64,000 nt of DNA from Patescibacteria group bacterium (GCA_038064895.1 JBBTSA010000010.1:118616-182615), one strand, 5' to 3'; positions 29,665 through 40,945 are shown, numbered from the stretch's first letter. Numbers and translations are program-made. The notes: generated by a model from the letters alone, not told the origin.

Positions 29665-30427
29665 CAATGATTTCAAAGTGACGTCTACCCGGTGGGATTG
29701 CTATCATCAAAAAATCAATAACTAATCCTAAAAATTTTAGAAAGATATTATGAATCCCAGGATAATTAAAAAAAGAATAATCGTGACGATAAATCACATC
29801 CTTTATTCTAAAGCCTGTTTTTTCTAAAAATTTTCTGACTTCATCTACTGAATATTCTCTGATGTGACCCATGTAGCCGTAAATATTTAACTTATTAAAT
29901 TCATCATATGCATCATTAAAACTTTTTCCTAAATTAAACATAATGATTTTATGAATTGCATAAAGATTCGGAGTTGTCAAAAGCAGTACACCTTTGGGCT
30001 TTAAAATTCGATGAATTTCTTTTAAGGTAAAAATTGGATTTATTCTTAAATGCTCAAGAACCTCATTAACAATAATGAGATTAAAGGAATTTGTTTTAAA
30101 GGGGAATTCTTCCGTTTCTATATTTGCTTTTTTTATATTCAAATTGCACCTATTAATAAAAGCTTTGAAAGGATCAGGGTTAATATCAACTCCTGTAACA
30201 TCAAAACCCGATTCCTTAAGACAATAAGTTAGATGAAAGGGATTTGCACCAACGTCCAGAATTTTTCCTGCTTTAAAGTATTTATCAATAATTTCCAGAT
30301 CTTTTTTATAACGATTCTTATGATCACTGAATGAATCATATAAAAAGTGTCTTAAGGATGGATTTTCTTTGGTAAAACTCTCTAATTCTTTTTCTAGTTT
30401 AAGAAGAATAACGTCATAACTGCTCAT
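29654..30427 (-). CDS. Class I SAM-dependent methyltransferase
   Basis: ILDVGA, EVLEHL, LKPKGVLLLTTPN, HIREY. Confidence 0.9.
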   Translation of the reverse strand: MSSYDVILLKLEKELESFTKENPSLRHFLYDSFSDHKNRYKKDLEIIDKYFKAGKILDVGANPFHLTYCLKESGFDVTGVDINPDPFKAFINRCNLNIKKANIETEEFPFKTNSFNLIIVNEVLEHLRINPIFTLKEIHRILKPKGVLLLTTPNLYAIHKIIMFNLGKSFNDAYDEFNKLNIYGYMGHIREYSVDEVRKFLEKTGFRIKDVIYRHDYSFFNYPGIHNIFLKFLGLVIDFLMIAIPPGRRHFEIIATK

Positions 30428-31245
30428 TTTCTTGCCTTTATAAAAATTGATACTCCGTTTTTGCCAGGTAATAAATCGTTTAACTTATCATAAGTATTAA
30501 TTAACCAAAAAATCATTCTTACTGGAACTAACCCTTTTTCTTTTTCAAATTTATTTAAACCTTTGGAAATTGCTTTGGGAAGAACTCCTTGGTAAAAAAG
30601 TCTGGCAACATAATTAACCAAGTAATGATTAAACGGTAAACACCATCTGGTTAAAAACTCCGATACCTCAATTTTAAATTTTGTTTTTTTTATTAAAGCA
30701 TTTAAGGGATTGATTTTATAAAGTCTTAAGTGTTGATTCCAAATACCTGCCCAAAAACCGGATTTAATATGAGTATTAAAAAAATGCTGTAAACAGAAGT
30801 TGACCGGATCCCATAAAAAAGGATAATCTTTGTTGCAAGTTGTTAAAACCATTACCCCACCAGGCTTTAAAACCCTATAAATTTCTGATAACACCTTCTG
30901 TTCATCTTCAACATGCTCAATTACTTCACTAAGTATCACCTTATCAAAGCTTCTTGACTCTAAAGGCAATTTATTTGCATTAGCCGAAATTAGCTTCACC
31001 TTATTATCTCTGATAAGTTTTCTGGCATCCTTTAATGCCCTACCGTCATTATCTATACCTACCAATATCAGTTCAAATCCTAACTTGTTAAGTAAATTAA
31101 GATAATATCCATTGCCACAACCAACGTCCAAAATTTTCTCCATATTTTTTAACTGAAGCTCCTCCACAATTCTTTTTGCCCTTCTTTTTAGGGCCATATC
31201 TCCCACTGTTGAAAGCAGCTCATTCAAATTATTAATTGTATACAT
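30424..31245 (-). CDS. Class I SAM-dependent methyltransferase
   Basis: ILDVGCGNG, SEVIEH, LKPGG, HLRLY. Start trimmed to reduce overlap. Confidence 0.88.
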   Translation of the reverse strand: MYTINNLNELLSTVGDMALKRRAKRIVEELQLKNMEKILDVGCGNGYYLNLLNKLGFELILVGIDNDGRALKDARKLIRDNKVKLISANANKLPLESRSFDKVILSEVIEHVEDEQKVLSEIYRVLKPGGVMVLTTCNKDYPFLWDPVNFCLQHFFNTHIKSGFWAGIWNQHLRLYKINPLNALIKKTKFKIEVSEFLTRWCLPFNHYLVNYVARLFYQGVLPKAISKGLNKFEKEKGLVPVRMIFWLINTYDKLNDLLPGKNGVSIFIKARK

Positions 31246-32335
31246 TGATGATTGTTTCCACATTTTTCTCAGAATATCTCCTCTCTGCAAAATTACGGCA
31301 CTTTTTAGCAAGTTGCGCCAGCCTATCTCTGTGGGTGTAAAAATACTCAACTGTTCTCTTAATATTCTCGGGACTTACATCAATTAGTTTTCCTACACTA
31401 TCATTAATAGCTTCGGAAATGGCGCCTCGGTTTGCTCCTATAACAGGAGTCCCGCATGCTAATGATTCCAGTATCACCCTGCCAAAACCTTCCTCACTCG
31501 TTGAAGGGACGATTAGCACATCGGCCCCACTATAATATATAGGCAGATTATCCTGATTTACAACTCCTTTATACTCAATATTTTCAGTAGAGCCTTTTAT
31601 TTTATTCTCTAGTGGACCGAATCCAATAATTACCAGTTTTACATCCACCCAATTTTTAGCTGATTCTAAAAGTTCTTCTAAACCTTTTTCCGCAATCAAC
31701 CGTCCAACAAATAAAACAACAAAATCACCCTCCCAACCTAATTTTGCTTTTGCATTTTCCACTCTTTTAAATTTTTCCAAATCTATCCAGTAGGTAAACT
31801 TCTTAACCTTTAATTTGTTTATACCCAGGGATAATATTTCATAAACTTCCTGCCGAGATAATCCTAAGCAGTAATTAGCATTCTTAAATATCCAGCTCGC
31901 AAAGCTTTTATATATTCCTTTTTTTGGAAAGTTATAAATGCTGTGAGTGGAAATTATAACTTTCTTACCAAATAATTTTCCCCAAAACATACCGACAAAT
32001 CCTGCAACCAGGCCGTGAGCATGAATAACGTCAGGATTTTTAAGAAGCAAAACTGCCGGAGTTGTAATAAATAATCCAGGAAAAAGGTATAAAAATTCAA
32101 GGAAGGGATAGGAAATAAGCGTATAAAATAAATTCGGTACCCAGGGAATCCTTATTATAGAAACTCCTTCGCTACTTTCATAAAACTTCCATCCAGCTTT
32201 AGTTGTAAGCGGCCTATAAGTTAGAACTGTCACAAGCCATTTTCTCTTAACAAGTGCATTTACTAAATCATCAAGATGGGTTTCTACTCCGCCAATATTG
32301 GGTCTAAAATGAACAGAGAGTTGCAGTATTTTCAA
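31232..32335 (-). CDS. GT4 glycosyltransferase
   Basis: GGVETH, FVGRLIAEKG, EEGFGRVILESLACGTP. Confidence 0.93.
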   Translation of the reverse strand: MKILQLSVHFRPNIGGVETHLDDLVNALVKRKWLVTVLTYRPLTTKAGWKFYESSEGVSIIRIPWVPNLFYTLISYPFLEFLYLFPGLFITTPAVLLLKNPDVIHAHGLVAGFVGMFWGKLFGKKVIISTHSIYNFPKKGIYKSFASWIFKNANYCLGLSRQEVYEILSLGINKLKVKKFTYWIDLEKFKRVENAKAKLGWEGDFVVLFVGRLIAEKGLEELLESAKNWVDVKLVIIGFGPLENKIKGSTENIEYKGVVNQDNLPIYYSGADVLIVPSTSEEGFGRVILESLACGTPVIGANRGAISEAINDSVGKLIDVSPENIKRTVEYFYTHRDRLAQLAKKCRNFAERRYSEKNVETIINVYN

Positions 32336-33159
32336 AGGTTTTTAATCCTCCCTACTAGATAACCCAATCCCCCGCCAAGAATTTGAAAAAAAAGCATTAT
32401 AAACATTCCCAAGGAAAGAATTGGATGAGAAATAATTCGATCAAAATTTTTATAGAAAATTGGTCTTAGGAAGTAGATAGTTTTAGGACTAAATATTGAT
32501 ATATGATGTTTTTTTAAATATCTATGTGCTCTTAAAGCATAAAAATATTTCTTTTTTGCCAAATCAAAAGGAGAATTAATTCTTTCATGGTGATAAATAA
32601 CCGCTGATATTCTTCCAAATGCATAACCCAATTTTTTGATAGTTTCCGGCAGATCCCAGTCCTCTGGACCAGTTATGGTTTCATCATATCCGCCGGCTTT
32701 TTTAAAAATAGACTTTCTAAAAAATCTGGCAGCATCTGTTATCTCATCACCTTTTTCATTATAGAAAGAGCGCTCAAAAGCTTTTACTTCTTCCCAAAAT
32801 GTTTTAGCAACAGATTTTTCAGGAATTATTACTCCTGCAAATCTTGTACTTGAATTTATAGAACTAATACATTCCTCTATTACTTTATCGCTCAACTCCA
32901 TATCAGCATCTAAAAAAAGAAGGTGAATTCCTTGTGCTTTTTTTACTCCAAAGTTTCTTTGTGCAGATCTTTCAGGTCCGAAATTATATACTTTATTTGT
33001 AAATTTTTTAGCTATCTTCGTTGTTGAATCAGTTGAATCATTATCTATTAAGATTATTTCAATATTTTTGTAGGATTGACTCCTTAAAGAAACTAGCAAT
33101 CTTTCAATTACCTTTGCTTCGTTTTTTGTTGTTATAATAACAGACACTAAGGGTAACAT
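32332..33159 (-). CDS. GT2 glycosyltransferase
   Basis: SVIITTKNE, DNDSTD, ERSAQRN, FLDADM, GGYDE..PEDWDL. Confidence 0.92.
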   Translation of the reverse strand: MLPLVSVIITTKNEAKVIERLLVSLRSQSYKNIEIILIDNDSTDSTTKIAKKFTNKVYNFGPERSAQRNFGVKKAQGIHLLFLDADMELSDKVIEECISSINSSTRFAGVIIPEKSVAKTFWEEVKAFERSFYNEKGDEITDAARFFRKSIFKKAGGYDETITGPEDWDLPETIKKLGYAFGRISAVIYHHERINSPFDLAKKKYFYALRAHRYLKKHHISIFSPKTIYFLRPIFYKNFDRIISHPILSLGMFIMLFFQILGGGLGYLVGRIKNL

Positions 33160-33176
33160 AATGAATTATTATAACA
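33130..33176. promoter_or_regulatory. Overlapping divergent extended -10 promoters, each inside the opposite CDS
   Basis: Minus strand TGTTATAAT (33168-33176) lies 8 nt before ATG 33159. Plus strand TGTTATAAT (33130-33138) lies 22 nt before ATG 33161. Confidence 0.55.
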
Positions 33177-35473
33177 TTGCGTTTAGTTATTTCAGTATTC
33201 TAACTCTTATCTTCATTTTGTTTTTTACGGGCTTTTTAATTTTTAAAAGAGCGACAACAGAAAGAAGGCTGCAACTTTTATTGCCTGCAGGGTCTATTTT
33301 TGGAATCTGCCTTTATATCTTTTTACTAAATATCACTGCTCACTTAATAAAAGGTATACCGGGATTTTTGGTTGCTCTTTCTATACAGATTATTTTAACC
33401 TTTATAGTTATTAGATTTATTCCATCTTCACCTTTAACTATACCCAGAGGTAAAGAAGCAACAGTTTGGATTCTGACGATATTTTTTTGGATAGTTTTTT
33501 TATATCAAATAACGGCCCATGCTACAACTAATGGCGCAGACTCAGTTTTACATCAATCATTTGCTTCCAGATTTATTAGGGGAGATTACCCTATGCATAC
33601 GCCCTGGCAACCGGATTATACTGCTTATTACCACTATGGGGGGGCGCAGCTACTAGGTTCCTTTCATGCACTAACGGGTGCACCTTACTATTTCATACAT
33701 CCATTTATTGCTTTTTGGATGCTTCTTTCTGTAACTCAAATCTTTACCTGGATCATCTTTCAAAAAAAAATAACCCTTCGGTCGGCTCTGGTGGGATCTT
33801 TACCAGCTTTTATTGGGCTTATCAGTCTGGGTGGTTTTTTTATAGTCTGGCCTGTTAAGTTTCAACTACCTTCTTGGGGAGAGCTTCCTACTTTCTACAA
33901 TGCTCTTGAAGTCTATGGCGCTCCCTTCAATCTGGATGCATTGGTATTTTTTTTGCACCGTTTTTTGGCAACTTCTTTTTTCATTTCCCTGCTTGTTTTA
34001 CTACTTTATCCTAAGAAGAACTTATTATCTTTTTTTGCATTGACAGTTTATTTAGCAGCTATAGCTTTCACAGATGAGTCGGTTCTAGTTGTAACAATTT
34101 TGCCAATATTAATTATCAGTTTTATAAATATTTTTAATCGCTCAATCAAAGCTTTTGCAATTACAATCACTATAATTTCTTTAATTATTCTTTATCAAGG
34201 AGGACTTATAACTGAAACCTACTTTAATAGGTATGGAGATAGTTCTAATATTTTAATATTTCCAGGAAATGGAGAAGCGCTAACTGAAAAATATCTTGAT
34301 TATCGTTTAGCTCAACAGCAAAGCAAATTTTATCACCTTGATGAAAAACTTAAAACCTTCAACTGGTTTCATCCTGGGATAATTTGGCAACTAATTTTTT
34401 GTTTAATATTAGTTCTGATCTTATCTAAAAAAGATTCGGATCCTCACTTAAAAAAATTATCATGGATCTTAGTTTTGTCCGGAATGATTTCTCTTGTTAC
34501 TTTCCATGGTTTAGTACCAAAGGGCTATACTCACCCAAACGGAAATAGATTCTTGGCATTATCTTATTACCTATCAGGTATTTGCTTGGCGTATCTTTGC
34601 TATTTTTGGTTTAGTCAAAAGATTAACTTACCAAAAATAATTAAAGCTTCTTTAAATATTTTAATTGTTTGGATTTTACTCGTATCCTTAATCCCCCCTC
34701 TTATTCAGCTGTTTCCCAGAAAAAAGGATAACTGGTTTATTATCAGACGCGAAGTTGTAAATCCAATCATTAAGTGGGTTGAAAAAAATATCCCCACAGA
34801 CAAAAGAATAGTTGCCTTAACAAGTACAGAGTTTTCTAATTCTATGAATATTGAATTAGTAGTAAAGGCTGGAATGTTAACACCGATGTGGCCACCAAAG
34901 CCTCGCGTGCATGACAGTTTTGATATTAGCCCCACATATGCTGATTTACACTACACCTTAAACTCGCAGGCTTTAAAGGCACTAAAGATTGACTATATAT
35001 TGATTAGTAATTCTTATCTGTCACAGTTACCCAAAGAGCGTCAGCAGGATTTACAGGATACAGACTTTTTTACTCCAATCTTTACATCAGATGATAGAAG
35101 TGTAATAATTTTGGAAATAAAACCTAAATTCTTATCAGAAGGAGAAAATTTTAAAGGCACATTTGCAGAACTTGACCAAATAGCTCCACAAGATGGATCT
35201 TACTGTATAGATTATCCTCCAAATATTTCTGCCCATACTTACAGAATTCTAAGATTATTGCTTTACAATAGAAGACATTACTGCAGTAAGGGTGGTGCAT
35301 TCTACAATGCTAGGATAGATGTCACTTTAGATTTTCCCAGAGATCATCCAGATCGATATGAATTTTTGGTTTTGGGAAAAGATGTAGATCCAAAAATAAT
35401 TTGTAATTGCCAAGCCAAACTGCTTTGGGAAGGGTTAGGTAATGGTGTTAAACTTTGGCAGACTCGGTATTAA
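33161..35473 (+). CDS. Large polytopic GT-C-like membrane protein (family A, copy 2)
   Basis: ADSVLH..RGDYP..PWQPD..YH, TDES, LVPK..NGNR, DPKIICNC. Confidence 0.75.
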   Translation: MNYYNIAFSYFSILTLIFILFFTGFLIFKRATTERRLQLLLPAGSIFGICLYIFLLNITAHLIKGIPGFLVALSIQIILTFIVIRFIPSSPLTIPRGKEATVWILTIFFWIVFLYQITAHATTNGADSVLHQSFASRFIRGDYPMHTPWQPDYTAYYHYGGAQLLGSFHALTGAPYYFIHPFIAFWMLLSVTQIFTWIIFQKKITLRSALVGSLPAFIGLISLGGFFIVWPVKFQLPSWGELPTFYNALEVYGAPFNLDALVFFLHRFLATSFFISLLVLLLYPKKNLLSFFALTVYLAAIAFTDESVLVVTILPILIISFINIFNRSIKAFAITITIISLIILYQGGLITETYFNRYGDSSNILIFPGNGEALTEKYLDYRLAQQQSKFYHLDEKLKTFNWFHPGIIWQLIFCLILVLILSKKDSDPHLKKLSWILVLSGMISLVTFHGLVPKGYTHPNGNRFLALSYYLSGICLAYLCYFWFSQKINLPKIIKASLNILIVWILLVSLIPPLIQLFPRKKDNWFIIRREVVNPIIKWVEKNIPTDKRIVALTSTEFSNSMNIELVVKAGMLTPMWPPKPRVHDSFDISPTYADLHYTLNSQALKALKIDYILISNSYLSQLPKERQQDLQDTDFFTPIFTSDDRSVIILEIKPKFLSEGENFKGTFAELDQIAPQDGSYCIDYPPNISAHTYRILRLLLYNRRHYCSKGGAFYNARIDVTLDFPRDHPDRYEFLVLGKDVDPKIICNCQAKLLWEGLGNGVKLWQTRY

Positions 35474-35477
35474 TTAT

Positions 35478-37247
35478 ATGCTCACTACAAAAAAATCTTT
35501 TTTGTTACAATTTGCGTCAGTAGTTATTTTAAGTTTACTAGTTTTTTATCCAAGTTTTAATTTAGCACTTTTTGGTGACGATTGGTTGGCTTTTTGGAGA
35601 TATGCACAATTCCTTGGCCCAAAATCTCAAGGAGTATGGAACCACCTCACTTATTATCTTACTCCATATGGTCCTCAAGATATTATAATGGGAATTTTAC
35701 AAAAGGTTTATCACTTTCAATCAACTGCATATTACCTAATTTCTTATCTATTAAGACTTACTGCTGCATTTTCTTTTTATCCCTTAGTTCTTTATCTGAC
35801 TAAAAACAAGTTATCCGGTATTTTCGCAGTACTTTTCTTCTCTGTTACTACCATAGGTTTAGACACTACAAACTGGGTATTTAATATGCCCTCTTATATA
35901 ACCATAGCCTTATTAAACTTATTTTTATATTTTTTTCTTAAGGCAAGGGAAAACAGAAAAATTCTATTGCTTATTTTGTCGGGAGTACTCTATTGGGCTG
36001 CCTATGTGACAACTCCTATCAGAATGCACGGATCTTTGTTTTTCATTTTTTTTCTGGAAGTTTTTTGGATTCTTCAAAAAAGAAATCTAAGTATTGTGAA
36101 AATGGTTGCACTAAGACTTTCAATTATTTTAGTTGTCTTTCTTATAATCAGATTTGCCGGACACTCTCAAGGCCCACCACAAGAACCTATGGAAAGATTC
36201 ATAATCGGGCTTACTGCTGACTTACAAATGCTTTCTCAAGGCAGATTCGATTTTATCTTTTTCCCAATTGTGATGTTTGGCAGCATGCTGATTCCGGATA
36301 TTATCGGACCAAATGGACAAATTAACAGCCTAAAGCAAATACTTCCTATGCTACTCGTTACATTGCTCATTTTCTCACTTTTTGTCTTTTTTATTATGAA
36401 GAATATAGACAAGTTCAGATCCAAATTATTCGGCTACATTTTTTTTTCTTTAGGGTTGTGGAGCGGACTGGTTGCCTTGATTTATAAAGGGAATCTAAAT
36501 TCCTTCAACAGTACAAATCAAATCTTTTCACTCCTTGTTGGAGGGTATACCCTAATTCTGGTAAGTTTTTTGATCATAAAATTCTTCAAGGAAAAATATA
36601 TATCTCAAGCTCTCTTTCTTGGGGCTTCATGGTCTATTCTATCATTTTTTTTTGCATGGTGGTGGCAACCAACATCAATATTTCCCACAACCTACAGGTA
36701 TCTTATCGTATCCGCAGTCGGAGTAGCAATACTTATTGCAACCATAATTAGTTTAGGTAAAGGTAGAAAACAGCAAATATTCTTAATGACTTTTTTTTGT
36801 CTGATTCTTATTCTTCATATTATCTCAACCCGTATTTACATAAATTATTCTCTTCATAGTCACAGCCAAGAAGTAAGTAATAAAATTTGGGCCTCTATTC
36901 CCCGTATTAATGAAATTGGTAAAAGCAGAGAGCCAATAATCTTCTATTTTGAGGGAGACAATACAAACGCAGGAATCCTTCATGATGTTATAACTTTTGG
37001 TTTTCCTCCTCATATGGCCCTTCTTTATAGATTGAGGGAGGAAGATGGCGGTTTCCCTGTTCCTATGAGCAATTTCAAAGAAGTAGTATTAGCAGTTGTG
37101 GACGGTAAACCAATGCCGGCTTATGGATATCCAGTAAAGCCAGTTCCTATTGAAAGAATCTATGCTTTTCATTTGCAAAATCAAAGTACACTCTTCAATA
37201 TTACAAATACTGTCAGAGAAAAATTAGAAGAGTTAAAAGGATTCTAG
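35478..37247 (+). CDS. GT-C-like membrane protein (family B)
   Basis: NLALFGDDW, PIRM, RYL, IFYFE, IYAF. Confidence 0.75.
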   Translation: MLTTKKSFLLQFASVVILSLLVFYPSFNLALFGDDWLAFWRYAQFLGPKSQGVWNHLTYYLTPYGPQDIIMGILQKVYHFQSTAYYLISYLLRLTAAFSFYPLVLYLTKNKLSGIFAVLFFSVTTIGLDTTNWVFNMPSYITIALLNLFLYFFLKARENRKILLLILSGVLYWAAYVTTPIRMHGSLFFIFFLEVFWILQKRNLSIVKMVALRLSIILVVFLIIRFAGHSQGPPQEPMERFIIGLTADLQMLSQGRFDFIFFPIVMFGSMLIPDIIGPNGQINSLKQILPMLLVTLLIFSLFVFFIMKNIDKFRSKLFGYIFFSLGLWSGLVALIYKGNLNSFNSTNQIFSLLVGGYTLILVSFLIIKFFKEKYISQALFLGASWSILSFFFAWWWQPTSIFPTTYRYLIVSAVGVAILIATIISLGKGRKQQIFLMTFFCLILILHIISTRIYINYSLHSHSQEVSNKIWASIPRINEIGKSREPIIFYFEGDNTNAGILHDVITFGFPPHMALLYRLREEDGGFPVPMSNFKEVVLAVVDGKPMPAYGYPVKPVPIERIYAFHLQNQSTLFNITNTVREKLEELKGF

Positions 37248-39050
37248 GTTCTGCAAAATTTCAGCTTTAATATCATAGATTATTTTATCTTTAAGCCTAA
37301 GAGCATAAAAATTTTCCAGTTCAAAGAATTCATTCTCAAAATTAAAGCCCCATACTCCATCTTTAGATAGGTACGCAGATTTTAGTTTTTTCGGGTCATT
37401 CCAAAATACTTTAGGTGCCAAACGCTTATTTAAATTAATACCTGGATGCCAAAGCATCCAGGTATTAAATCCTCCAGTCAAAGTATTATCATAATAATAT
37501 CCTCTTTCCTGATCCTCGGAAAAATCAAAATAGAAAAGCGAAGGTGAGTTATTACTTAAATTTGGTGTCAGTTGTATTAGTTGATCCCGCATTTTTTTCT
37601 TATCCTCTACACCAAAACCACTTGCTAATTGAAAGTTAAAAAAAGCTTTAATTTCCTGAACATTTAGGAATATAAAAAATAACAATGGTATAAAAATTGC
37701 TAAAGTCATAAATCCAAAAAATCTATTGTTTACAAATTTATATAAATTAGTAAATATAATTACGAATAAGCTACTTAAAAATAAACTCATAAAAAGTGCC
37801 GGGATTGTTAAATATCTGTGACTGCCGCTAAATACCTCGGAGGTCGCAGCTCCAAGCCAGGTTAAAAATATATATCCAAAAGCAAAGAAGGGACCAACGA
37901 AAAGTCCGATAAGCAGTCTATTCTTGTACTTCAGCCATTGTATAAAACTAACAATGGAAAGTATCATTACATAAAATCCTATTAATGCTAAATTTATGGA
38001 TCCTATGCTAATTTGATGATCGGCAAAATGATTTCCTAAGACATATAAAAGTACTAAAGAGAATAGTATTAAAACCAATATTTGAAAAAAGGTATAGAAT
38101 TTTTTAAATACAAGCAGACTAATACACAAAGTTAAAGTTATTAAAATAAATAAGGGTCCGCTTATAATATATTCTAAAAAATTCCCAAAATTATCTATTT
38201 TGGGAACTCCTAAAAATTTGGTGTAAGCAGGAAGACCAATTATACTCCCTAAGGCAATGAAGGGAGTCAGCAGTAAATTCCAATTACCTTTAAAAACTCC
38301 TTGAACTATTTCTATACCATGGGACGTAAAATAACTTAAAAAAATCATTGGTTTCGCAAAAAATATCAAAGATAATGGAACAAACATTATAAGTAATCTT
38401 TTGATAGCATTCTTTTCCAATTTTTTTCTTTGCCAAAACAAAAACATTTCTGTCATGAATATAAACAACGGTAGTTGATACATTCTCTCAGTTGATAAAA
38501 ATAAAGTTAAAATTAAGAGAAAAAATAATAAAAATTGTAAACTCCAGTTTCCGATATTTTTTTTAACCATATACCAATATACAACTACAAAAATTCCCAT
38601 AAAAAGAATTGCTGAATAATCGCTACTTGTAACAACTGTATACATTGTTCCAACAGAAGAATAGGAAAAAGCAAAAAGAATTGTTGCAATAAGTGCTATC
38701 AATATACTTCCTGAAATGGCCAATAAAAGAGGGAACACCGCAAGGGTTGCCAAAATTTTGAAAATGTGGGTAGTTATCTGAAAAGATTTAAAATCCAAAC
38801 CAAAAAGATCATTTTGAATCCCAATATAATATATTTGATGGGTATACACTCCTCCCATAGTCCCCCCAACCTCAATATTTTTGATAAATTGATGAATCGT
38901 ATACGGATTTTGGGTTTTATAAAATGATAAAAACCCCCAATCCACATCAGAAAATCCATACTTTAAATGAGGCTCAAGCAAAATTATTTGACTAATAATT
39001 ACTATTACAACAAGTGAAAACACATACCAATGCCGAGAAGGTAGTTTCAT
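37233..39050 (-). CDS. GT-C-like membrane protein (family B)
   Basis: GFSDVDW, GNWNLLLTP, HRYL, LFYFD, FYAL..DIK. Confidence 0.75.
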   Translation of the reverse strand: MKLPSRHWYVFSLVVIVIISQIILLEPHLKYGFSDVDWGFLSFYKTQNPYTIHQFIKNIEVGGTMGGVYTHQIYYIGIQNDLFGLDFKSFQITTHIFKILATLAVFPLLLAISGSILIALIATILFAFSYSSVGTMYTVVTSSDYSAILFMGIFVVVYWYMVKKNIGNWSLQFLLFFLLILTLFLSTERMYQLPLFIFMTEMFLFWQRKKLEKNAIKRLLIMFVPLSLIFFAKPMIFLSYFTSHGIEIVQGVFKGNWNLLLTPFIALGSIIGLPAYTKFLGVPKIDNFGNFLEYIISGPLFILITLTLCISLLVFKKFYTFFQILVLILFSLVLLYVLGNHFADHQISIGSINLALIGFYVMILSIVSFIQWLKYKNRLLIGLFVGPFFAFGYIFLTWLGAATSEVFSGSHRYLTIPALFMSLFLSSLFVIIFTNLYKFVNNRFFGFMTLAIFIPLLFFIFLNVQEIKAFFNFQLASGFGVEDKKKMRDQLIQLTPNLSNNSPSLFYFDFSEDQERGYYYDNTLTGGFNTWMLWHPGINLNKRLAPKVFWNDPKKLKSAYLSKDGVWGFNFENEFFELENFYALRLKDKIIYDIKAEILQNLESF

Positions 39051-39055
39051 TTATT

Positions 39056-40945
39056 CTAAAATCCTAACTCCTTAAGTAAATCTTTTTTTATATCAATAAA
39101 ATCTCTACTCTTTATTTTAAACGCGTAAAAATTTTCCGGTTTGTATAGTATCTCTTTATAACTACTCTTCCCATTCTCCATACAAAGACCTCTGAAGAAC
39201 AAACCTCTTTCTCCATCTTGTTCTTTAATATAAGACAGTAATTGTTTATGCTCATTAAGATATAGTATTTCTAAACATCCATCTATTAAATTATTATCCC
39301 TAAAGTGCATCCAAAAGGGGAAACTTGCTAAAAATCCTTCAGAATAAAATGGGCCCCCTTCTGATAGATCAGAAGTATCAAAATAGAATAGCGATGGTTT
39401 AGAATTATCAAAATTTCCTAATCTTTCTTTGAATTTTCCTTGAAGTAATTGTTGCTCATAAGCAGCTCTACCATTAGCGAGAAGATATAAAAAGCGCATA
39501 CTTATTTCCTTACCATTCATCACAAAAATAGAAATTACTATTATAAATATTGGAATTAACAAAATACTCCTAAATAATCTTCCTCTGATACTGATGACCC
39601 TTTTAAAAATAGAGGATACAAATGCAGATAGTAAAAGCGAAGATCCTATAGCAGATACTACTAAATAAGGATGGGTTCCAGAAAAGCTAGTTCCAAAAGG
39701 AGCAAAAGCCCAAGTTGCAAATGTAAAAATGAATAAAAATAATGGCCCTAGCCAAAAGGCCAAAAGTAAGTAATCATTTCTATCTTTTCTTAACCATTCC
39801 ATAAAACATATACTTCCTAAAACCAAGATATAAATTCCGAACAAGGCAGAGTAAATACCAGTTGGCTCATAATGCATTCCTTGATCTTTAGGTAAATATT
39901 TAGAATGGGTAGCTACAAAAAAAACTAATATTTCAGAAATAAAATTTAAACAGAAAGTAATTAAGAAAAATAACCATGGCCTTTTTGACTTTAAAAATGC
40001 CACGAGCAAGGTCAAAGTTCCAAAAATGACGGTTGGTCCACCCAATAAGAAAAAGGTATACTCCGGTAATGTATCAGCGGTTAATAATCCGAATATTTTC
40101 TGCCAATAATCACCTGGAATAAAAGTATGTCCCATTCCGGAAAAGGGAGATAATAAAAGATGCCAGTTTCCCTCACCTACTTTTTTAAAAATACTCAAAG
40201 GATTCCCCAAAAGATTCGCCACAGAGTCAGGAGCATATACAATAAGAATTAGGAGAGGGAGGTAGAATATAGACATTCTGATGAGAATATTTTTAACATT
40301 ATCCAAATTTAGATTTTTTATTAAATGATATGTTTCAATAAGTGGTAATAAAACTAAAAGGGGAAAAAGTCTTATAGGGGAAAATAGTAGTGATAAAAGA
40401 AAGAGAATGAAACTGACAATTAACCATAGAAAATTTCTTGGATACTTTGTGACAATTAAATAATAAGTTATTAAAAATACACACATCCAGAAAATTGCCA
40501 CATAATCACTTCCTTTAACAACAAACTCAAGAGGACCTATGGATGACGCACTGATAGCAAAAAAAAGTGTAGTTAAAATTGCTAGCAGTTTATCTTTAAA
40601 AATAATAAGCACCAAAGGGAAAATTGCCATTGTTCCCAATGCTTTAAAAGTAATATTCAGCACTTGAAACAAGCGATAATCGAATCCCACTAAAGCTTCT
40701 AACATTCCCATGTAATACACCTGATAAGTAGTATATATCCCTCTCTCAGCCCAAACTTTTGTAATTTCAGATAAAGGATTAGAACCAAGTGATTTATAAG
40801 TAAAGTAAAGAATCCAGTCATCCGGTTTAAAACCTATTTTAAGGGCTAATTCTAAAATGGTAAACTGTAAGGTAACAACAATAATTCCCAAAATTAAAAG
40901 AATAATCAGGATCTCATTTTTTTTAAAAATGCTTTTAGTTATCAT
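39056..40945 (-). CDS. GT-C-like membrane protein (family B)
   Basis: IGFKPDDW, ERG.YTT, GNWHLLLSP, LFYFD, DGC..LC, KELGF. Confidence 0.75.
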   Translation of the reverse strand: MITKSIFKKNEILIILLILGIIVVTLQFTILELALKIGFKPDDWILYFTYKSLGSNPLSEITKVWAERGIYTTYQVYYMGMLEALVGFDYRLFQVLNITFKALGTMAIFPLVLIIFKDKLLAILTTLFFAISASSIGPLEFVVKGSDYVAIFWMCVFLITYYLIVTKYPRNFLWLIVSFILFLLSLLFSPIRLFPLLVLLPLIETYHLIKNLNLDNVKNILIRMSIFYLPLLILIVYAPDSVANLLGNPLSIFKKVGEGNWHLLLSPFSGMGHTFIPGDYWQKIFGLLTADTLPEYTFFLLGGPTVIFGTLTLLVAFLKSKRPWLFFLITFCLNFISEILVFFVATHSKYLPKDQGMHYEPTGIYSALFGIYILVLGSICFMEWLRKDRNDYLLLAFWLGPLFLFIFTFATWAFAPFGTSFSGTHPYLVVSAIGSSLLLSAFVSSIFKRVISIRGRLFRSILLIPIFIIVISIFVMNGKEISMRFLYLLANGRAAYEQQLLQGKFKERLGNFDNSKPSLFYFDTSDLSEGGPFYSEGFLASFPFWMHFRDNNLIDGCLEILYLNEHKQLLSYIKEQDGERGLFFRGLCMENGKSSYKEILYKPENFYAFKIKSRDFIDIKKDLLKELGF

